Of a DNA stretch of 56,011 nucleotides, positions 27,575-37,510 are shown one piece after another. How positions within the stretch are numbered: position 1 is the first letter of the stretch; every line of letters starts with the position of its first letter. Under the pieces are notes generated by a model. That model made no database searches and was not told where the DNA came from. It saw only the letters and a program-made list of their open reading frames with translations. Location of the stretch: IMG/VR virus record IMGVR_UViG_3300010413_000038, positions 1 through 56,011 of that record; one strand, written 5' to 3'. The stretch comes from a virus (taxonomy: Duplodnaviria; Caudoviricetes). Position numbers and translations under genes: made by a program.

Positions 27575-29227
27575 TTGCAAGTGTTAACAAAAGAATTTGT
27601 AAAAAGTGTAATAGAATCAGATTTAGACCCTCGCATTAAGCAAGCAAGGGAAATGAATAAACGTCTTTTGTTGCATGTAGAAGGAGTCGGACTTCAAGAA
27701 TATTTATCAAGAATAGTTAATTACGAGAATGACTTACAGTTTGATGCAAGAAAAAAACATGCAATTTCTAATAAATTTGTTACAGAAGAATTATTAAGGC
27801 CAATTGACAATATATTTACAGCTAAAGGTGGAGGTAAATATTATATATTTTCAACTAATCAAGAAAATAATGATAAAGAATTTAGATTATCATTATCTAA
27901 TGTTAAAAATGGACAATCATTATCTGAATATATAGAATCTGAATGGTCTAATAAATTAATAACGGATCCAAATGGATTAATATTCTGTGAGATTGAAAAT
28001 TATGATGAATTACATGATTATAATGAACCTAAAATATATCCTTGTTATAAATCAATTCAAAAAATACGCAATTATAAGCAAAATGGAATAATGATTGAGT
28101 GGGTTATATTTGAACCTCATAAAATAGACATAGATGAAGAAAATGAGAAAAAACAGATTGAGTATTTTTGGGCTGTTGATGAATATTATTATTATGAATA
28201 TAAAATAGAAAATGGAGAAATTAATGAAATATCAAAAATTGAAAATATATTTGAATTCGTTCCAGCTGTTTTATGTTCAAATATAAATGATCCTATTACA
28301 GGATTGAAACGATCTCCTATTGATGCACAAATTGAATTATTAGATAGATATGTATTATCGAATTCGGTACTTACTATTGCTGAGTTTCAGCATAATTTCC
28401 CTCGTGAATGGGAATATGTAGGTGATTGTAATGTTTGTGGTGGTTCAGGCGTTTTAATGAATGGAGATAAATGTGACATATGTGGTGGTACTGGATTACG
28501 AACTAAAAATGATGTCACAGATAAAACATTATTACAAATACCGAAAGAAGGGGAAATAAAAATTGATCCTCCATCAGGTTATACATATCTTCCTACTGAA
28601 CCGTGGGAACTTATGGTTAAATCTATAGATCGTTATTTTGATATAATTATAAATTCTCACTGGGGAGCAACAAAAGAAAAAAAAGATAATGAAACGGCAA
28701 CCGGTAGATGGATAGATGTTCAGCCAGTAAATAATAGATTATCTAAATATTCAAAAAGTGCTCAATTAGTTCATAATAAATTAGCTTATATCTTTGGAAA
28801 ATTTTATTTCCCGGAAACGTTCGTGAAATCAGATATAACTTATGGACAAAGATATCTAATTGAAACACCGGATCAGATTTGGGAAAAATATATAAAAGCT
28901 AAAGAAAAAAATGCGCCTGTATCAACATTAGATTTATTGTTAACTCAATATATAGAATCAGAATTTAAAGACAATGAGGTGATGTTTAACTATGAAATAA
29001 GAAAAATTAAACTTGAACCTTTTATTCATTGGGATATTGAAATAGTAAGATCATCAATAAATATATCTAATGAAGATAAAGCTAAAAAAGAATATTTTAA
29101 TGAATGGATAAATACACTTGAAATAAAAGATATTATAACATCAAAAATGGATGATTTAAGAAATATGTTAACAGAATATTCACTTAATAAATTAAAAAAC
29201 AATGATCAAAGCAAAAACTTACAGTAA
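27575..29227 (+). CDS. Portal protein with CxxCxGxG zinc-finger insertion (TTG start)
   Basis: Size (550 aa) and position after terL; ETATG motif; CNVCGGSG...CDICGGTG. Confidence 0.75.
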   Translation: MQVLTKEFVKSVIESDLDPRIKQAREMNKRLLLHVEGVGLQEYLSRIVNYENDLQFDARKKHAISNKFVTEELLRPIDNIFTAKGGGKYYIFSTNQENNDKEFRLSLSNVKNGQSLSEYIESEWSNKLITDPNGLIFCEIENYDELHDYNEPKIYPCYKSIQKIRNYKQNGIMIEWVIFEPHKIDIDEENEKKQIEYFWAVDEYYYYEYKIENGEINEISKIENIFEFVPAVLCSNINDPITGLKRSPIDAQIELLDRYVLSNSVLTIAEFQHNFPREWEYVGDCNVCGGSGVLMNGDKCDICGGTGLRTKNDVTDKTLLQIPKEGEIKIDPPSGYTYLPTEPWELMVKSIDRYFDIIINSHWGATKEKKDNETATGRWIDVQPVNNRLSKYSKSAQLVHNKLAYIFGKFYFPETFVKSDITYGQRYLIETPDQIWEKYIKAKEKNAPVSTLDLLLTQYIESEFKDNEVMFNYEIRKIKLEPFIHWDIEIVRSSINISNEDKAKKEYFNEWINTLEIKDIITSKMDDLRNMLTEYSLNKLKNNDQSKNLQ

Positions 29228-29486
29228 GTATGTCGTAAAAAGGAAGCCAGGATCTAAAGAAGTAATGTTAAAACCTGATGGTAGTCCTGAATTAGGTGAT
29301 TTAATAAAGAATAACATACGAATAACAGAAAGTAAAGCTGAAATTCTTAATTCTGGATGGGATAATAAAGAGCTTTATGTTACATTTTATTATGTAGAGC
29401 AGAAAGTAGAAAAACAAGAAGTTAAACAAGAGGAAAAACAGGAAGATAAAAAACCTGGTAGACCTTCAATAAAAAAAGAGGATTAA
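29202..29486 (+). CDS. Hypothetical head-region protein
   Basis: ORF; KKPGRP tail. Confidence 0.65.
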   Translation: MIKAKTYSKYVVKRKPGSKEVMLKPDGSPELGDLIKNNIRITESKAEILNSGWDNKELYVTFYYVEQKVEKQEVKQEEKQEDKKPGRPSIKKED

Positions 29487-29490
29487 AAAA

Positions 29491-30324
29491 ATGATTAGTC
29501 AAGTAGATTTACAAACAATATCGACAGTGTTCGGAAAGACATCTGACGAAATAAGCAGTGCTATTTCTCAGGAAGGAGAAGTATTGCTTGGCTTAAAATT
29601 ACCTGGAAAGATTTATACACAAGATGAAATCGAAGGATTAAAAACAGCTATTAGGGGAGCAGGTGTAGAAATAGGATTGAAACAGATAAGTAAACAATTT
29701 GGTATTGATTTAAATGGAGAAGATAAAACACCTGAATTTGTAGCTAATAAAATTAAATCAATAGTTTCAAATGAATTCGAGGAAAAATATAAAAATCAAA
29801 CTCCTGATGAAAAACTTATTGAACTTCAAAAAAAGATTGAAGAACAACAAAAAAGTTATGATAAGCTAAAAGGAACATATGATTCAACTATTACGCAAGT
29901 TGATGAATGGAAAAACAAATATTCTGAACTTGAAAATAATTATGAGAGTAAAGAAATTAACAATAAAATATTGAGTTATTTACCAGAAAAGCTTAAAATA
30001 GAAAAGGAAGATGCATTAAATCTGATAAGATTAGGAATTCAGGTTGAAAAAACTGATAATGGTATTATTTATAAAAAAAATGGTCAAATTATTACTGATG
30101 CAGTTGGAAAACCAGAAACACTTGAAAATGTAGTTAAATCATTTGTTGAAGAAAAAAAATGGATTAGAGGATCTGGAATGAATGGTAAAGACACAGAAAT
30201 AGGGATTAATGGATTGCCTAAAGGACTAACTGAATCAGATGCTTATAAATGGCTTGAAGATAGAAATATAGAGCCCATGAGTGAGGAAGGTACAGAGAAA
30301 TTTTTACAACTTACTAGTAAATAA
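29491..30324 (+). CDS. Capsid scaffolding protein
   Basis: Charged coiled coil directly before the major capsid gene. Confidence 0.65.
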   Translation: MISQVDLQTISTVFGKTSDEISSAISQEGEVLLGLKLPGKIYTQDEIEGLKTAIRGAGVEIGLKQISKQFGIDLNGEDKTPEFVANKIKSIVSNEFEEKYKNQTPDEKLIELQKKIEEQQKSYDKLKGTYDSTITQVDEWKNKYSELENNYESKEINNKILSYLPEKLKIEKEDALNLIRLGIQVEKTDNGIIYKKNGQIITDAVGKPETLENVVKSFVEEKKWIRGSGMNGKDTEIGINGLPKGLTESDAYKWLEDRNIEPMSEEGTEKFLQLTSK

Positions 30325-30403
30325 ATAATTACAGTGTAATTTTCATAATATAAATGGCAGTGCCAGGACAAAAAAAAATAATTATTAATTAAAATTTATT
30401 AAA

Positions 30404-31465
30404 ATGGCAAATTTTTCACCGAGTAATTTAGTAAAAGGACAAGCGTTGTTCAATCAGCGTTATAAGTCTTTAGAATGGAGATTGCCTGACACCGCCGCCT
30501 TATCTGTGGCTTATATTGGTGAAAAGGCAAATCCTATGCTTGCAGAATTACGCAAGCGAGAAGATCGATCAGTATCAGCTTATTTTCCTATTAGAAAAAC
30601 AAAGGCTGCTTCATCTGCAAGGGTGCATAATCACACTGGAACTAGAGGAGATTCTTTAGAGGTGGCAATTAATTGGAGTACTGTTGTTGATACGTTTTCA
30701 ATATCAATAAAACAAAACGATAATAATGTTATTTCATGGGAAGAAAACTATGCTGCTCAGATGCAGAATTCTGTATTTAATGTATTATCTGCATTAGATA
30801 CTAGTTTTATAACATTATTAGAAGCTGATAGAACTCAGATAAACGTAGGAGGAGTAAATGGGACATTTGATGGTACAGATTATGTAATGGAAATTTCTGC
30901 ATCACATAAAGATTATTTCTTTCAGAATCTAATGGCTAATATGAGACAAAATCTTTATAAAGGCCAGTTAACTGTTATTGTTGACTCATTATCAGGAATT
31001 GAAGCAGCCAGACAAGCAAATCAAGGTATTGGAAATGCTACCAATTTAGGCTATCAATTCCTAAACATGAATATTGTTCAGTCTACAAACGCAATTCTTG
31101 ACGGATTAACTGACACTTATGATGGAGCAGCTTTAGCATTTCCAATGGATTCAGCAGGAGTTGTATTCTGGATACCAAAACAAAATCGTAAAGCTTTAGA
31201 CCCTGTACAAGCTCTTAGTTATAATGGTGATTTTGGTTCTATTAATGTTCCTATATATGATGATAAAGGAAATGTACGGTACAATGTACCTTTAGCTATT
31301 CATTCGTATGCAGAAAGAGCAGATGCTTCAGCCTCAAACGGTTCGGCACAGGATGTTGTAATTCAAATTGAAGTATCGCTAGATATGGCTTATGTATCAG
31401 CTCCTCTATCAACATTCAGAGGAAGTAATGATTCAGTAGTTTATGGATTTGGACAATTAAGCTAA
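30404..31465 (+). CDS. Major capsid protein
   Basis: 353 aa, MAN start, position after portal and scaffold, strong A-rich initiation region. Confidence 0.75.
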   Translation: MANFSPSNLVKGQALFNQRYKSLEWRLPDTAALSVAYIGEKANPMLAELRKREDRSVSAYFPIRKTKAASSARVHNHTGTRGDSLEVAINWSTVVDTFSISIKQNDNNVISWEENYAAQMQNSVFNVLSALDTSFITLLEADRTQINVGGVNGTFDGTDYVMEISASHKDYFFQNLMANMRQNLYKGQLTVIVDSLSGIEAARQANQGIGNATNLGYQFLNMNIVQSTNAILDGLTDTYDGAALAFPMDSAGVVFWIPKQNRKALDPVQALSYNGDFGSINVPIYDDKGNVRYNVPLAIHSYAERADASASNGSAQDVVIQIEVSLDMAYVSAPLSTFRGSNDSVVYGFGQLS

Positions 31466-31479
31466 TAGGAGGAAATAAA

Positions 31480-31878
31480 ATGAAAAAAATATTAATATTA
31501 TTTGCGTTTATTATTTCTGCTATCTATGTTAATGCACAAGTAGATTTAAAATCAGAATATTCATTAACTACAGATACTGTAACTAATACAGGAACAGTTT
31601 ATATGACTGTTGGTGCTGCCTTCTCTGGGGATAATATATTAGCTGTCTCAGCTAAAACTACACAATTAAGTGGAACATCTGCTGGTACAGCTACATTGGA
31701 ATGGAGCATAGATGGTACTGATTATAAAACTCATCCAACTGCTGACACTATGACAATAGCGAACGGAGCTGTATATATTTGGTCTTTAGATCATACTTAC
31801 GCTAAAAAATATAGAGTTAAATTTACAGGTTCTGGAACAAATACAACTAAAGTAGAAGGTAAGTATATTTATAAATAA
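31480..31878 (+). CDS. Beta-rich protein with Sec signal peptide (paralog of 31879)
   Basis: MKKILILFAFIISAIYVNA|Q; LEWSIDG..Y, YRVK..G. Confidence 0.7.
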   Translation: MKKILILFAFIISAIYVNAQVDLKSEYSLTTDTVTNTGTVYMTVGAAFSGDNILAVSAKTTQLSGTSAGTATLEWSIDGTDYKTHPTADTMTIANGAVYIWSLDHTYAKKYRVKFTGSGTNTTKVEGKYIYK

Positions 31879-32298
31879 ATGAAGCGTCTTTTTATTTCAA
31901 TATTATTCATAGTCTTTACCCTCTGTTTATTTGGGCAGAGAGGTAAAGGCGTTGTGCAATATTTAGACGTAGATACATTAAAAGGAGAAGATACCATATA
32001 TATTAATCTTCCAAAGCTTACAGGTTATTATTCTTTATCATTTGAATTATACTTTCATGAGGTAGGTGGAACATCAGATGGTATAGGAATATTAGAGGCT
32101 TCAAATGACACTAATTATGTCACATTAAACAATGTTGAACCTGTTATAACTGGAACTCCAAACGATACAATTGTTATATCAGATGGATTAATCCAATATT
32201 ATTTTTTATATGGGACTCCTGCTATTAATTATCGAGTAAAACTTATAGGTACAACAGGCGATACTACTAGAATCATATCAAATTATGTAATTAAATGA
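31879..32298 (+). CDS. Beta-rich protein with Sec signal peptide (paralog of 31480)
   Basis: MKRLFISILFIVFTLCLFG|Q; LEASND..Y, YRVKL.G. Confidence 0.7.
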   Translation: MKRLFISILFIVFTLCLFGQRGKGVVQYLDVDTLKGEDTIYINLPKLTGYYSLSFELYFHEVGGTSDGIGILEASNDTNYVTLNNVEPVITGTPNDTIVISDGLIQYYFLYGTPAINYRVKLIGTTGDTTRIISNYVIK

Positions 32299-33320
32299 TA
32301 AGGATTGAAGCTATACAAGCATTAAGGGGTTTAGTCGGATTTAAACAACCGATTAACCCTAATTATGCTTTTCTTGATTCAGATAATTTAAAATCAGATA
32401 GTGGATTAAAATTCGAAGATATAACAAGAATAATAACTATTCAGAATATTATTGATACATATGAATATCAAGGAACATTAACAGCAGATCAAAAAAATGG
32501 TATACTTGATTCATTAAGAGATTCAGCTGCAAATGATGTACTAATTGAGATATTTAATGATAAATCATTTATAAAAGAATCAAATATATTATTCCCACAC
32601 GAACAAGATTATGAATCTACAATAGATTTAATTAATGATTTCAATTATATTGAGATAAAACATTTAAAAAAAGGAATAACTACTAATATAAACAATATAA
32701 TATTATCATTCAGTGAAGATGCAACTTTTAAAATATATTTATATAAATCTACAACGAAAGACCCTATAGAAGAGATAGATGCAACTGTAGTTGGTGGAGA
32801 AGATACTAAAATATATTTAGGATGGAATTTAGATGATAGGTATACATATAGATTAGGATATAAAACATCTGAAGTTGGAACATCTAAACCTTATTTAAGA
32901 AATTATGAATTATCTAATATTGAAGAATTAAGTAATAATATATGTTTTGAATATTACTCAGCAAATTTTAATGGTGACAGATTAGATTTAAGCAGTGAAT
33001 TATCATATAGTGATGCATTAGGAATAAACATTGAATATTCTACATATATTGATTGGACATCTGAAATAATTAAAAATAAAAATTTATTTGCTAAAGCTAT
33101 ACAAATACAAATGGCATTAACTGTTGCAGATTTAATTTTAACTACGACTAATAGTAGCATTACGCAAAGATTAACGCAGGAAGCTTTAGAGAGAATTGGA
33201 TATATTTTAGGTAATGCTGAAAAGGGAACCGGATTAAAAGGACAATTCAGAAAAGAAATCGAAAATATTAAAAGATTTTTCTTCCCCGTAAGTAGAATAT
33301 ATAAAAAAACAATTGGATGA
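32295..33320 (+). CDS. Putative head-tail connector/structural protein
   Basis: Position only. Confidence 0.5.
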   Translation: MIRIEAIQALRGLVGFKQPINPNYAFLDSDNLKSDSGLKFEDITRIITIQNIIDTYEYQGTLTADQKNGILDSLRDSAANDVLIEIFNDKSFIKESNILFPHEQDYESTIDLINDFNYIEIKHLKKGITTNINNIILSFSEDATFKIYLYKSTTKDPIEEIDATVVGGEDTKIYLGWNLDDRYTYRLGYKTSEVGTSKPYLRNYELSNIEELSNNICFEYYSANFNGDRLDLSSELSYSDALGINIEYSTYIDWTSEIIKNKNLFAKAIQIQMALTVADLILTTTNSSITQRLTQEALERIGYILGNAEKGTGLKGQFRKEIENIKRFFFPVSRIYKKTIG

Positions 33321-33865
33321 TATTTGCAAAAGATGTCACATATGGTCTGGAAACAACTGTAAAACATTTACAGCAATATATAGATGCTAATATTCAATGG
33401 TTAGGGACTAATAATATTTATGGACTTATTTATAGAAATTCATCTGATAAAGGAATAATTCCAGAAGCATATATAGGTGATGGAATCACAAAAAAAGAAT
33501 ATGACAATGTATTTTGTCAGGATAATATTACGTCTACAATAGGATTTTTAGAGTCTGGTGATCGCAATTTAAGTGGTGGTAGGAATGTAAATGTTGACGC
33601 TATAGTAACAATTAGATTAGATAAAGCCTTTAATAGTGATATAAGAAATGATGAATTAGCTATGTTGCAATTCGAGAGATTACTTAAGGGATTTTATGGG
33701 ATAAATGAAGTATTAACATCTAAGCAGGGTATTGAAAATGTGTTCTCTGGATTTTATTATGATAATATGCTATATAGAGATATGCATCCGTGGTTAACAT
33801 TTTCAATGCAAGTTAATTTATTGTATAATGATGATTTAAAATGTAATTCATTAAGTGTCAATTAA
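33317..33865 (+). CDS. Putative tail completion/terminator protein
   Basis: Position; IPEAY and DMHPW..F motifs. Confidence 0.45.
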   Translation: MIFAKDVTYGLETTVKHLQQYIDANIQWLGTNNIYGLIYRNSSDKGIIPEAYIGDGITKKEYDNVFCQDNITSTIGFLESGDRNLSGGRNVNVDAIVTIRLDKAFNSDIRNDELAMLQFERLLKGFYGINEVLTSKQGIENVFSGFYYDNMLYRDMHPWLTFSMQVNLLYNDDLKCNSLSVN

Positions 33866-34784
33866 AAAGAAAAATATAACTTTTGCCTCAACAGGACAGG
33901 ATTTTGACCTAAATAAAAACTTTTTAGGTGAAATGACTAGCATATTCCTTACACCTAGCAGTTTTAGCCTTACAGAAAGTGAGTTGCAAGATATTGATAC
34001 ATTATTTAATTATATGTTGGATGGTAAAATATTCCCTATACATCGCATATTTAGTTACGAAACTAATCACAAGGATGCTGAGTATGCAGATGCATTACAA
34101 GATTTTAGTTTCAGAAACTATAGAGGTAAAGACATTTTTAAAATAAAATATGATATAAGACCTGATTATCATCAGCTATTGCAGCAATTTGAAGGTCAAG
34201 AAATGAGATTAATAATAGGAATGAATAATAATAGTTTCCTGTGCACTCAGTATGGTGATAATGTAAGAGGTTATTTACTATCAGATATAACAATTGAAGA
34301 TATTGAAATATTTAATACAAACTTAAGCCCTTTAAGAATTGAATTAGCTGATAAAAAAGAGCGAGACAGTGAATTGCAAGTTAATGCAGGATATAGGCTT
34401 TTTGATTTAGATAGAAGAATTCTTGAAGTTGAAATAGATGTCACTACTACAACAACACCATCAAATGCAGAAGCTACTTTATCAGTTAGTTATTTAGGAA
34501 ATCCAATCGAAACATTAATCTTAGAAGATATCATATTCAATGATGATATAAATGGAGATATTGAATTTAATATTATTAATTATAACGGAGGAATATATAA
34601 ACTTTATTCTCCTGATGCTCCTCCAACGTCAGGCTGTGTTACAATAAACACATATGGGTATATAGGCCGTCAAAGATATAAGATTAGAATTGTTTCCACA
34701 TATGATAGTTGGGTTCTAATTGATGGGGATAATTTTGTGACAATAAATGGGGGGGATAATTTAGTATTTGTAAACACTAATTAA
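33855..34784 (+). CDS. Tail-tube-like paralog of 35319 (GTG start)
   Basis: Visible alignment to 35319 (F..TE.E, P[IV]H, F.....G, D.....L....G, GDN..G[YF]). Confidence 0.55.
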   Translation: MSIKKKNITFASTGQDFDLNKNFLGEMTSIFLTPSSFSLTESELQDIDTLFNYMLDGKIFPIHRIFSYETNHKDAEYADALQDFSFRNYRGKDIFKIKYDIRPDYHQLLQQFEGQEMRLIIGMNNNSFLCTQYGDNVRGYLLSDITIEDIEIFNTNLSPLRIELADKKERDSELQVNAGYRLFDLDRRILEVEIDVTTTTTPSNAEATLSVSYLGNPIETLILEDIIFNDDINGDIEFNIINYNGGIYKLYSPDAPPTSGCVTINTYGYIGRQRYKIRIVSTYDSWVLIDGDNFVTINGGDNLVFVNTN

Positions 34785-34786
34785 AA

Positions 34787-35290
34787 ATGGCAGATAAAAA
34801 TATAAATCAAGTAAATGGTGGTCAAACCACATCACCTACAAATGGCAGGTTCTATGTGATTAGACCAGCTGCCACACCTTCAGGATTTGAAGACTACTGG
34901 ATTAGTGAATCAGATTTACATTCAGCATTAAATACACTTATATCATCAAATACGTCTAACATATCTAATCATGAAACTAGAATTACACAGGTAGAATCCT
35001 CTGTATTAAAAACAGTTGTCCAAAATACAGGAACGTTTGATTTTAATATGCCTATAAACAGTTCAATTGATTCAATTTGCATTAAAACAAGAACTGGAAA
35101 TCCTATTGTTTCAATTGTAAACGCAACAAGCGGAGACGTGTATTTAAGTGAATATGATATCGAATCTGATGGATATTTAAGATTAACGCTAAATACGGAA
35201 CCTTTTAAAAATGTATCGAATATTCAAGTAACCGTTATAGGAGGATATATCGATATTACAAGATTTACAAAAACAAATATTTTTAGTTAA
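34787..35290 (+). CDS. Putative virion fibre/structural protein
   Basis: MADKNINQV start; short coiled coil ISNHETRITQVE. Confidence 0.5.
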   Translation: MADKNINQVNGGQTTSPTNGRFYVIRPAATPSGFEDYWISESDLHSALNTLISSNTSNISNHETRITQVESSVLKTVVQNTGTFDFNMPINSSIDSICIKTRTGNPIVSIVNATSGDVYLSEYDIESDGYLRLTLNTEPFKNVSNIQVTVIGGYIDITRFTKTNIFS

Positions 35291-35318
35291 CATAATATAA
35301 ATAAAAATTTAAGAAAAA

Positions 35319-36227
35319 ATGTCAACAACTTTATCATGCGGACAAGTAAGAGACGGATTACCTGAATCATGTAGCAAAGGAAATCCGTTGAGAATAATGG
35401 CTGGGTTCTTTACAGTAGCTAAAGGAACGTCATTCACTGAGACTGAGGCGGCAGCATTGGCTAATTATAATACAATGGTTAGAGAAAAAACGTTGCTGCC
35501 TGTACACGATGTAATAAACATCGAGGATATGTCTTCTGAGAAGAAGGTATTCGAATCTGTATTAGGGTTTAAAAAAACAATGCATAAAGGTATTAGAGGT
35601 TATCGCTTATCATTTGATATGACCATGGATGAATATAAGGTATTAGATTCATGGATGGGTAAGAATTTTGATATAATACCTTATGATTCAGATGGTATAA
35701 TTATTTTTAAATCACTAGGAGGTGACAATTTAGGTGGTTTTCCTATTGCTTATTTTGATGTTGAAAAACCAGCTGTAATTACTGAGGCTGCGCCTATGCT
35801 TACAATGGTTGAAATACAGGAAGAAGATGCAAACGATTGGCTATTAGCAAGGCATCTAAAACCTCAAGATAATACAACTATTGCAGACAGATGGTCACCT
35901 AAAGATATTAAAACTATAACAAAAGTTACATTAACAGCTGGTGCAGTTGCTGCTAATGCTTTTACTGTTAATCTTGATTATGTTTCTACTTCTGAAATGT
36001 TAGACGGATCAGATGTAGCTAAAGTAGTAACAGGAGCATTATTAGCTAATTTTGATGTACGAGATGGAACCGGATCCGTAGTTACACCTACTAGTGTAGT
36101 TGAAACTGTAGGAACTCCTGGAGAATATACAATAACATGCACTACTTATACAGGTGGAACAGCTCAGCTAGTAGCTACAGCATCGGATGAGAAGTATTTT
36201 GAATCAGATGTTGTTGTTGTTAGTTAA
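35319..36227 (+). CDS. Major tail tube protein (putative), C-terminal Ig-like extension
   Basis: Position; Thr/Val-rich C-terminus. Confidence 0.6.
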   Translation: MSTTLSCGQVRDGLPESCSKGNPLRIMAGFFTVAKGTSFTETEAAALANYNTMVREKTLLPVHDVINIEDMSSEKKVFESVLGFKKTMHKGIRGYRLSFDMTMDEYKVLDSWMGKNFDIIPYDSDGIIIFKSLGGDNLGGFPIAYFDVEKPAVITEAAPMLTMVEIQEEDANDWLLARHLKPQDNTTIADRWSPKDIKTITKVTLTAGAVAANAFTVNLDYVSTSEMLDGSDVAKVVTGALLANFDVRDGTGSVVTPTSVVETVGTPGEYTITCTTYTGGTAQLVATASDEKYFESDVVVVS

Positions 36228-36236
36228 TATAATATC

Positions 36237-36668
36237 ATGAACTTAGACCGCATTATAAAAAATTGTGACAGAGTAATAAAAGAACTTCCTTCTTATGCAG
36301 CAGAGATTATCGAAGAAGAAAAGAAGGAAGTGCTTTCTATTCAAGAGGAACAAATTAAAAGCGGTTATAGAGGTGATGGAAAAAGAACAAAGAAATATAA
36401 AAGCGATGCATATGTAAAGCGTAAAAAACAAACATCAAAATCAAAACCTTATCGTGATTATTTTGATACGGGAGAATTTTTAGGAAGTATGTTTTTAAAC
36501 GCTAACGGAGACAACGTTTTTATAGGATCATATGATGAGAAAACGGCATTTCTGGAAAAAGAAGAAGATAACGAGATGTTTGGAATAATGCCGTCAAATC
36601 AGAGTAAAGTAGATAAACGAATAACACCAAAATTAATTAAAAAAGTAGGAAATGAACTTGGTAAATAA
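36237..36668 (+). CDS. Neck/tail completion protein (HK97 gp10-like)
   Basis: Basic middle region, DTGEF..SM motif. Confidence 0.55.
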   Translation: MNLDRIIKNCDRVIKELPSYAAEIIEEEKKEVLSIQEEQIKSGYRGDGKRTKKYKSDAYVKRKKQTSKSKPYRDYFDTGEFLGSMFLNANGDNVFIGSYDEKTAFLEKEEDNEMFGIMPSNQSKVDKRITPKLIKKVGNELGK

Positions 36669-36966
36669 CAAAACAGGAAAATCATTAAAGATAGAAGATG
36701 CTTTAGTAATAGCGGGGCAACAGGCATATATAATTAAGCCTAAAGAGGCGTGGTTATTAGAGGTTGGGAGTCTTTTGAAATTTGAATATCGTAAAAAACA
36801 TGGTAAAGTAGTTTATACTTTTAAATGGAATCAAAAAGAAAACAAACTTGATATTTACGACTCAGATAATAAATATGTTAAATCACTCGAAAGAAAATCA
36901 GAAACTAAAGTATCATCAGACGTGTCAAACGCTACCGCTAAGAAAAATGATAAATCTACAAAATAG
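36652..36966 (+). CDS. Hypothetical protein, possible tail assembly chaperone
   Basis: Position; overlaps next ORF. Confidence 0.45.
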   Translation: MNLVNNKTGKSLKIEDALVIAGQQAYIIKPKEAWLLEVGSLLKFEYRKKHGKVVYTFKWNQKENKLDIYDSDNKYVKSLERKSETKVSSDVSNATAKKNDKSTK

Positions 36967-37510
36967 TGTAGATGAAAATGGAGTGGCAGACGCAAGACAC
37001 ATATTAATTGATGAAGTTTGGCCAGAAGATTATGAAGATTCTAATCTTATCCAGGCAGTAGAAAAAATAATGATTGAATGGAATAAGTTGAATGGAATAG
37101 AGCATGATATGGATGAATTATTATATAAACAAGATTCAAATCTTTATGATAGGGCTAAACTTGAAGCTTTAGAATTGGCATATATTTGTTGTAATTTAGC
37201 TGAATCCGCCGAAATATTAGGAAATATAAAAGAAAAAGAATTATGTCTAAAAGAATGTGATGATATACTCAATAAGTTTAATATATATGGATTAAAAACA
37301 AAGCATGATATTGAGCAAAAATCAAAACAAATTGAACAAAAAATAAAAGATGATATAAAAGAGAATATAAGAAAACATAAACATAAAAAAAATATTAATT
37401 TTTATGATTTAATTATTCCTATTGAAATATATTTTAAAAAAGATATCGATGAGAATATAACATGTGCTAAATTTATATCATATGTTAATAAATTAAAAAA
37501 TGTATCATAA
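36848..37510 (+). CDS. Putative tail assembly chaperone (start uncertain)
   Basis: Immediately upstream of tape measure gene. Confidence 0.5.
   Translation: MIFTTQIINMLNHSKENQKLKYHQTCQTLPLRKMINLQNSVDENGVADARHILIDEVWPEDYEDSNLIQAVEKIMIEWNKLNGIEHDMDELLYKQDSNLYDRAKLEALELAYICCNLAESAEILGNIKEKELCLKECDDILNKFNIYGLKTKHDIEQKSKQIEQKIKDDIKENIRKHKHKKNINFYDLIIPIEIYFKKDIDENITCAKFISYVNKLKNVS

Noticed and set aside
36848-36966. Programmed -1 frameshift of tail assembly chaperones
   Set aside because: The second ORF is in the +1 frame and no canonical slippery heptamer was identified; an independent start is equally plausible
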